64,000 nt of DNA, taken from positions 3,412,578-3,476,577 of the forward strand of contig CP136572.1 in assembly GCA_035193785.1 (NCBI GenBank). The letters are read 5' to 3'. Origin of the DNA: Planktothrix sp. GU0601_MAG3. Its GTDB lineage: Bacteria > Cyanobacteriota > Cyanobacteriia > Cyanobacteriales > Microcoleaceae. This document shows, piece after piece, positions 57,395 to 64,000 of the stretch. The notes beneath the pieces were generated by a model. It ran no database searches. It was not told the DNA's origin and worked only from the letters and a program-made list of their open reading frames with translations. Numbering within the stretch: the first letter of the stretch is position 1; every line of letters begins with the position of its first letter. A program made the position numbers and the translations under genes.

Positions 57395-57570
57395 TTACAA
57401 GAAATTGGTATTTTCCCCTGAGTTAATATTCTGAGACTTCCCCAATTTTGTTTTTTGCTGTATCAAACCCTCGCCAGGAAAACCCGTGGTATGAATAACT
57501 CCATTAATTTTGCTAAAGTGGGTTTGAGATTGAGCGATCGCCTTCTGCATTTGTTGTAAAGTTGACCGAT
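57395..57570 (-). pseudogene. Fragment resembling a type I PKS ketoreductase domain
   Basis: QQMQKAIAQSQTHFSKINGVIHTTGFPGEGLIQQKT resembles the KR segment FG.I.GVIHAAG..G.GLIQ.KT. Confidence 0.55.
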
Positions 57571-57618
57571 AACTAATCAACTCTTACACTAATAACTAAT
57601 AATGGATTACTGAAACCA

Positions 57619-58011
57619 ATGGACGAAATCGCCAAGAAAATTGCTGGTCTGGGTCTTCCCGGTATATTTCTCGTGATTCTCACTGTCTCATCAGCCGGAA
57701 GCAACGCTGCCATTGCTGCTGCCCTCACAGCCCTGGGAGGGCCCTTTGGGATTGTTGGCGGGATAGGAATACTGGGTTTAATGACGGTGTTAGGAGATAC
57801 TGTCGCTGGATATGGAATTGAAGCTGTTCTTCATGCTGTCTATGCAGAACGGAGAAAAACTGAATCTGTTAGATATCTCCTGAAAGAAATCCAAGATTTA
57901 CCTATTTCCAATGAGCTCAAACTCAAACTCAAAAATCAACTTAGTCCAGACGCACAATCTCGGGTGGAAGACGTTGAGCTTATAAAAATAGTTGAAATTG
58001 TTGAAGATTGA
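57619..58011 (+). CDS. Hypothetical Gly-rich membrane protein
   Basis: 130 aa; AALTALGGPFGIVGGI hydrophobic segment. Confidence 0.65.
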   Translation: MDEIAKKIAGLGLPGIFLVILTVSSAGSNAAIAAALTALGGPFGIVGGIGILGLMTVLGDTVAGYGIEAVLHAVYAERRKTESVRYLLKEIQDLPISNELKLKLKNQLSPDAQSRVEDVELIKIVEIVED

Positions 58012-58018
58012 TTTGAAT

Positions 58019-58203
58019 TATACCTTGGGAATGGGGAATGGGGAATGGGCAATAGGCAATAGGCAATAGGCTGCGTCGTGAGTCGTGAGCTAGTCGAAGG
58101 GTCGAACGGTCGAACGGTCGAACTAGAACAGGCAACAGTAGGCAGTGAAAGTTAATGAGTTGGCTGGATTTAGAAGTATCCTAACTGCAATGTGTAGTGC
58201 TAT
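58019..58203. mobile_element. Degenerate MITE related to 41398-41572, with nested short repeats
   Basis: Its last ~50 bp (AATGAGTT..CTGGATTTAGAAGT.TCCTAACTG.AATG.GTAG.GCTAT) match 41523-41571. Confidence 0.65.
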
Positions 58204-58211
58204 TAAAAACC

Positions 58212-59390
58212 TTAAATCCAGCCTAAATGCTCTTTAACTGTGTTCATGGCTATTCTAACGTTACTAGCAGTAAAGGATATTTTATAGGGATTATTTAGCT
58301 TTTTCGGGTTAGGATCAATGGTAATTACATTTCCTTGCCAAAGTTCACTTTCCCTTGACCAGTCGAGGGCGGCTAATTCCGAGACTTTTTCTAAATCAAA
58401 GGTATGGCTATATTGATCATAAGTTAGATGTAGTAACCGCCCTAAAATTTCTAAGCCCATACTTACCCCTAAGATATATTTATCTTTAAAACTATCAATT
58501 TCCTCAATAGTTAATTCTTCTTTAGGAGTTTGGGCAATATATTCAGTAGCAGGGCATTCTTCAAAAAACTGATTTAAACAACTGGCTAATTGTTCGGACG
58601 CCATATCAACATCATAGTCGATTAATTCATCGCTGGAATCATCTGTGAACACACAACTGACAAACTTGACAATATAATTCATCGTGTAAATTAATTTCTG
58701 TTTACTGGCTGGACTGGCTTTAATTTTCTCGGTTTTTTCCTTAAACATGAACACAGAGTCAACTAAATTCTTGGTAATTCCAATTCTGCCGGAAAACTCT
58801 CCAAAGGAAATTAATAAAGATTTATCTAGTTGTCGAGTTTGTGCCATATCTCTAAAGTCGGTTTGACATTGATTAAAATTACCTTCTAATACTAAGGTAA
58901 TGGGAAAATCATGGTCGGCAATGAGTTCGGCTGTTGAGCTATCTTGGATTAAGTCACGAATTGCTTGTTTGCGATGTTGACCATCGGTAATATCTAATTT
59001 TGTAGTCCGGGGAATAATGACAAAACAAACCCCGCGACCTAAATCTATTAATTCAATTTTTCCTGGGTCAACATTAGCGGTTAAAGTTCCAATAATCCAA
59101 GGTTTATCTTGATTAACTCGTTTTATAATATAGTCTTTAATTTCTTGGGCATGACCTTTAACTTCCGGGCGGTTTTTACCGGAATCGGGGTTATTATCTA
59201 GGGAAGGTTGGGCTTGTAATAATGTGGGTAAATCAAAGGCAGGGACGTTAATTTGAATCATTTTCCGTTTGCCTTGTTGCAACAGTAAACCAATATAGCA
59301 CTTTTGACGGTGGTTTTGAGTAAAAAGGGGCTCCAACAGAGAATCAATTTTCAGGCTTAATTCTGAAAGGCTGTTATTATTTGTATTCAT
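58212..59390 (-). CDS. dndB: DndB-like DGQHR domain protein
   Basis: NRP...HA.EI.DYI, ITDGQHRKQAI, QTDFRDM; close to dndC. Confidence 0.8.
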   Translation of the reverse strand: MNTNNNSLSELSLKIDSLLEPLFTQNHRQKCYIGLLLQQGKRKMIQINVPAFDLPTLLQAQPSLDNNPDSGKNRPEVKGHAQEIKDYIIKRVNQDKPWIIGTLTANVDPGKIELIDLGRGVCFVIIPRTTKLDITDGQHRKQAIRDLIQDSSTAELIADHDFPITLVLEGNFNQCQTDFRDMAQTRQLDKSLLISFGEFSGRIGITKNLVDSVFMFKEKTEKIKASPASKQKLIYTMNYIVKFVSCVFTDDSSDELIDYDVDMASEQLASCLNQFFEECPATEYIAQTPKEELTIEEIDSFKDKYILGVSMGLEILGRLLHLTYDQYSHTFDLEKVSELAALDWSRESELWQGNVITIDPNPKKLNNPYKISFTASNVRIAMNTVKEHLGWI

Positions 59391-59610
59391 TTTCAGGCAA
59401 CTATAAACAAGGTTAATGAGCTTATTTTAAACTTTTTTCTGACATTTGTACAAAATAATTTGCTATTTTATTTTTCTGGAAATGGTTGTTTCTTTTAACT
59501 TAATTCTTTTTAATATTCTCGGCATATTTACGGAGTTAATTGTTGTCACCGGAGTTGGTTTTAAGTGTTGACTAAAAAATCAAGAGTATGGGCGTGTTCC
59601 CCCTTACAAC

Positions 59611-59639
59611 ATTATCTCTCCGACGGCGGGTTTTGTCAA
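59611..59639 (-). promoter_or_regulatory. Putative sigma70-type promoter TTGACA-N17-GATAAT upstream of dndB
   Basis: Minus strand: -35 at 59639-59634, -10 at 59616-59611. Confidence 0.5.
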
Positions 59640-59728
59640 CCCCCTTTCCCAGAAAAACGAAATTTTTTTGAGTGGAAAGAATTTTTTTGACCGCAAAATA
59701 TTATTGTCACCACCAAGACACAGAAAGG

Positions 59729-61309
59729 TTATAGGGTTTGGGGTAAACCGACCTCTTTGGGTTTAACGAATTTACCATCAAAACTGACAGCTTTATTTTC
59801 AAATGTCCTAGCATCGGCTAAGGCTTTGCGTAACTCGGCGCATTCCATGGGTTGCTGCATTCCTCCTAATAAATAGATGAGTAATTTGGCGGCTAGGTCT
59901 TTTCCGGCGACTCTGACCCGGCGTTTATTGGGGTCATATAATATTCCATACCAGAGGGAGTCGGGATATTCCATACCACTAAACCCTCCAGACCCATCAA
60001 AACTTTGCAATTTCTGAAAAATTTCTGTTAGGGGTTGTTGTTGATAAAAGACTAATACCCCCAAGGCGGCGGCGACGGCTACTTGACCAACGGGGCGAAA
60101 TAATATATTTCCTTCCCCTGGGGGTTTTTCAAAACTAAACCTGCGGAGGTCGGGGGTTTCCCAACGGTCTTCTAAGCGTTGATAACTGGGTAAACTTGCC
60201 AAGCTATCAAAAAGTTGTTGTAATTCCTGAATACCCGTTTCTAACTCCTGGGTTGTGGGGCGTCGGGGGACTAACCCGGGTTTGGCGGCTTTCCAGTGGG
60301 GAAATTTGGGGGTGAGGTAGCGTTGACCCATATCTGTTAGGGCTTGCAGGGTAGTTAATACCGTTGACTTGGAGGCGACGGTGGCGCTATCCCAATTAAT
60401 TCTAGGGTGGCGTCCGGGTTTATCGACAAATAGGGGATGGGAAACGACGACCCGGCGAGTCACAATAGAAAACCCATCATCTTCGTCTAATAGGGCTAAC
60501 TGTCCTTTACTGAGTTTAACGGCCATTAAGTTAACGTGAACAAAAATAGACCTAACCCTTTGTCTGGCTTGGGCGCGGGTTTCTCCTTTGACAACGGCGG
60601 GAATAAATTCTACGCCGATGGTTTCCTGGGATAACTGTTGTAACTGTTGGGGGGTGATACCGAATTTTTGGGTCATCTCCTTAACGGTAATAGCATCCCC
60701 GACGGGTTTTTTCTGTTTGCTATAGGGTTGTAAACGTCCTGTGCGTAGGAGTTGCATTAACCCTTGTATCCCCATGAGGCGATGTTGTCCATCTAGGGCA
60801 AATACGGATATATCCCCAGACATCTGCAATAGTCCGAGTTTTCCCTGACTATCCAGGGGTAAAAATTCAATGGCGGACTGGGTGGCCCGGCCCTGTTTAT
60901 CCCATTGGGGGGCTTGGGGGTTATCGACCCAGGAGGGACTGAGGACGACTAACACGGCCGGAAATTTATGGTCTTTATGGTTGGTCAGGTATTGGGTGAG
61001 GGTGGCCTGTCGTGACCAGTCCAGGGGACGTTGCAGGATATCGTCCACGGTTTCGGTGTCTCTTTCGACGTTTCCTGTGGGGTCTAAATGGGGTTGAAAT
61101 AGGGGCAGTTGGGAGGCAAAACCAACTTTGGCGGCTATCCATTCTAGGGTGATGGAGGTGATAAAGGTTTCGGTTTCGGCCATTTGGGCTTTGTGGGCTA
61201 GGATGCGATCGTTGTTGTAGAGGGGTTTGAGGAGATCGGCGATCGCTTCTAAGTCTTGTTGGAGTTGGTCGGGGGTGTTATTTTCCATTCTGGTTGCCAA
61301 GGGGTGCAA
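59729..61309 (-). CDS. DGQHR domain protein (second DndB/ParB-like paralogue)
   Basis: QRPLDWSRQ..L..YL, ALDGQHRLMGI, RSIFVHVN. Confidence 0.85.
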   Translation of the reverse strand: MHPLATRMENNTPDQLQQDLEAIADLLKPLYNNDRILAHKAQMAETETFITSITLEWIAAKVGFASQLPLFQPHLDPTGNVERDTETVDDILQRPLDWSRQATLTQYLTNHKDHKFPAVLVVLSPSWVDNPQAPQWDKQGRATQSAIEFLPLDSQGKLGLLQMSGDISVFALDGQHRLMGIQGLMQLLRTGRLQPYSKQKKPVGDAITVKEMTQKFGITPQQLQQLSQETIGVEFIPAVVKGETRAQARQRVRSIFVHVNLMAVKLSKGQLALLDEDDGFSIVTRRVVVSHPLFVDKPGRHPRINWDSATVASKSTVLTTLQALTDMGQRYLTPKFPHWKAAKPGLVPRRPTTQELETGIQELQQLFDSLASLPSYQRLEDRWETPDLRRFSFEKPPGEGNILFRPVGQVAVAAALGVLVFYQQQPLTEIFQKLQSFDGSGGFSGMEYPDSLWYGILYDPNKRRVRVAGKDLAAKLLIYLLGGMQQPMECAELRKALADARTFENKAVSFDGKFVKPKEVGLPQTL

Positions 61310-61436
61310 TAGGCGTTAAACTATCCTAAAATGGTTTTTAAAAACTTGTTATTAATTTTTAAAAACTTATTCTGAGTCCTATTTTACCTAATTAGTGGGG
61401 TTTAGGGAATATTTTTTATGGCTAAAGGGGGAAACA

Positions 61437-62420
61437 ATGACTACAGGGGGACAACCAGAAGGTAGAAATCTAGCTGACTATATTAATTGTTTTTCTCAAA
61501 TTCAGGTCTATAAAAACAAGAAAAGAGGCGGTGAAGCACTCAATCAACCTATTTTATTATTATCTGTAGTTGATGCAATATCACAAGGTTTAATTATAGA
61601 AAACCGTATTTTTATATCTGATGAATTGATTGATACATTTAAAAAATATTGGTCTATTTTAACTTCTGACCCGTTTAAAGGTAGTGATTTCGCGCTACCA
61701 TTTTTTCATCTCAAGAATGGTAAGTATAAATTTTGGCATCTTAAATTTAGTTCAGAATATGACGGAGGAAGACCCCAAACAATTCCTAAAATCAGAAAAG
61801 ATGTTGATTATGCTCATTTAGATCAGGAGCTTTTTAACTTTATTCAAGATCCAAATAGTAGAAAGGAATTGATAGATAGTTTAATTAATGCTTGGTTTAC
61901 TTCCAGCCAAAAAGCTATAGAAGAAATATTGAAAATCAACCAAGATTTAGAAAATTTTGGCTCAGATGATTTAGAAACAACTTCTGAATCTGATAATACA
62001 GAGAAAAAAAAAATAAAGTTTTACCTTAAAAAGTCAGTTGTTAGAGAGGCATTTTTCCGTAAAGCTGTTGTACATCTTTATGATTATAGATGTGCTTTCT
62101 GTAGATTACGGGTAACTCGCTCTTTAAGTCAAAGCCTTGTAGATGGCGCACACATTAAACCCTTTGCTAAATTTTATGATAGCAATATAAAAAATGGAAT
62201 TTCACTTTGTAAAAATCATCATTGGGCTTTTGATCAAGGTTGGTTTACAATAGATAATAATTACAAAATTATAATTGCTCAAGATTTAGATGAAGATTCA
62301 CCCTATAATAGAGATATGAAAGAATTTAATGGGGAATTAATTTTTTTACCTAACTCTGAATTAAATTTCCCTCGAATGGATTCACTAATATGGCATCGCC
62401 AGAATATATTTAGAGCATAG
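61437..62420 (+). CDS. HNH endonuclease with putative N-terminal sulfur-binding domain (SBD-HNH)
   Basis: N-terminal A.NQPILLLS...LPFFHL....FW; C-terminal CAFC...GAHIKPF...NGISLCKNHHWAFD. Confidence 0.75.
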   Translation: MTTGGQPEGRNLADYINCFSQIQVYKNKKRGGEALNQPILLLSVVDAISQGLIIENRIFISDELIDTFKKYWSILTSDPFKGSDFALPFFHLKNGKYKFWHLKFSSEYDGGRPQTIPKIRKDVDYAHLDQELFNFIQDPNSRKELIDSLINAWFTSSQKAIEEILKINQDLENFGSDDLETTSESDNTEKKKIKFYLKKSVVREAFFRKAVVHLYDYRCAFCRLRVTRSLSQSLVDGAHIKPFAKFYDSNIKNGISLCKNHHWAFDQGWFTIDNNYKIIIAQDLDEDSPYNRDMKEFNGELIFLPNSELNFPRMDSLIWHRQNIFRA

Positions 62421-62453
62421 TTAAAGATTTAGTATTACAACTGAGGTGTTAAA

Positions 62454-64000
62454 ATGACAGAAACTCTAATCAACATTGAATCTAAAAGCACAGTTGAACA
62501 ATTCATTGACGCTGTTGAAACATTAACTGAAGAAATTCAAGATTTATACTTACAAGAAGAATGCCCTTTAATTATAGGATGGAGTGGAGGGAAAGACAGC
62601 ACCTCTGTGCTTCAGCTTATCTGGAATTCTATTGCAGCATTACCCGTTGAGCAACGCACAAAAACAATTCATGTTATTACTAATGATACCTTAGTTGAAA
62701 ATCCAATAATTTCTACTTGGGTGAAAAGATCTTTAGAAAAAATGCAATTAGCAGCTAAAGAACAAAAAATGCCTATAGAAACACATCTAACTTATCCAGC
62801 CATTCAGGATACATTTTGGGTGTGTTTAATTGGTAAAGGTTATCCGACCCCCAGACAACGATTTAGATGGTGTACAGATCGCTTAAAAATCCAGCCCGCA
62901 GATTCATTTATTCAAGAAGTTCTTAAAACTAATCGTGAAGCCATCTTAGTTTTAGGAAACTCGCAAAACCGAAAGTATTCAAAGATCAATGAATATGGCA
63001 AAGCATCGAAAACGGAGAGTTCGCGATCGCTTAAATACAAATCCTCGTCGTCCTGATTGCTTAGTTTATTCCCCCATTGAAGATTGGCAAACTGATGAAG
63101 TTTGGATGTATTTAATGCAATGGGAAAACCCTTGGGGTTTGGATAATAAAGAATTACTTGCGATGTATCGAGGTGCAACAGCAGATAATGACTGTCCGCT
63201 GGTTGTGGATACTTCTACCCCTAGTTGTGGAAGTTCTCGGTTTGGTTGTTGGGTTTGTACTTTGGTAACTAAAGATAAATCAATGGAGGCAATGATTATT
63301 AATGATGAAGCTAAAGAATGGATGCAACCATTATTAAATCTCCGTAATGAATTAGATCCTACAAATGATCGAGATAAGCGAGATTTTAGACGAATATTTG
63401 GAAAAGTTCAACTATTTGAACGGAATATTGATGGGGAAATATCCGTCGAACCTATTCCTGGGCCCTATACCAAAAAATGGCGAGAACATTGGTTAAGACG
63501 AGTATTAGAAGCACAACAACAAATTAGAAAAACAGCACCCGAAGAATATCGAGATATAACCTTAATTACCATAGGAGAACTGAGCGAAATCAGACGAATA
63601 TGGTTAGAAGAAAAACACGAATTTGATGATAGTGTACCTAAAATTTTCACCGAAGTTATGGGAGAAACCTTTGAAGACCCCCGTTTGGGTGCAGGAAATA
63701 CCGTTCTGGGTGCAGATGAATGGGAATTATTAGAAGAACTTAGTCAAGGAGATACAATGTATATGGAATTAATGGCAAAACTGATTGATACAGAACGTCA
63801 ATATAAAACCATGGCGAGACGAAATGGTATTTATGATGATTTGGAAAAGTGTTTAGAAACCAGTTTCTCGACCTCAAGAGCAAGCTATTAATAATGCTCA
63901 TTACGAACGCAAATTAAAAGAAGCCGCCAAAACCGGAAATGTTGAACAGGTCAAGCACGCCATAGAAGACAAAAACCCCGAACCTCCACAACAGTTAAGT
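62454..64000 (+). CDS. dndC: DNA phosphorothioation sulfurtransferase, PAPS-reductase family (indels at 62956, 63863; runs off window)
   Basis: IGWSGGKDS, DTLVENP, IGKGYPTP..FRWCTDRLKI, CPLVVDTSTPSCGSSRFGCWVCT, PGPY. Confidence 0.95.

Noticed and set aside
4856..63650. Many short antisense or overlapping ORFs in the track (e.g. 4856, 5582, 27108, 30262, 46134, 53537, 60870, 63465)
   Set aside because: They lie within well-supported genes and have no recognisable motifs
968..64000. Mass pseudogenisation or programmed frameshifting of the split genes
   Set aside because: It affects core genes, always at the same 4-mer on either strand and without other decay; a systematic sequencing error fits better
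1..64000. tRNA, rRNA, integrase or prophage genes
   Set aside because: None recognised by eye; tRNAscan-SE and Rfam searches would be needed to exclude small RNAs

Overview
This is a 64 kb window from a filamentous cyanobacterium. Frequent HIP1 GCGATCGC, heptamer tandem repeats, and zds/vipp1 support this; a Planktothrix-like Oscillatoriales origin is my inference. Housekeeping genes (queC, trmJ, zds, cysE, mrdA, pdhC, aas, vipp1, grxC, EF-G paralogue) are interleaved with three accessory loci. (1) An AT-rich BREX-like island (DUF4007, BrxB/F-like, BrxC, PglZ, BrxL) carries no DNA-modification gene and is bracketed by direct copies of a Uma2 gene. (2) An 18 kb chemosensory operon has the Myxococcus che7-like order cheY-cheA-cheW-soluble MCP-PAS/HEAT protein-cheR-cheB, extended by cheC, a CHASE/PAS hybrid kinase and a REC-GGDEF cyclase. 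(3) A DNA phosphorothioation (PT) locus begins at the right edge: two DGQHR/DndB genes, a putative sulfur-binding-domain HNH nuclease and dndC. The strongest hidden signal is in the frameshifts: 35 of the 37 reading-frame breaks I could localise are extra A/T bases inside GAAC/GTTC, the canonical Dnd PT motif. The split genes are therefore most likely intact, and the assembly errors probably record an in vivo DNA modification. CDS coordinates below join the split ORFs.
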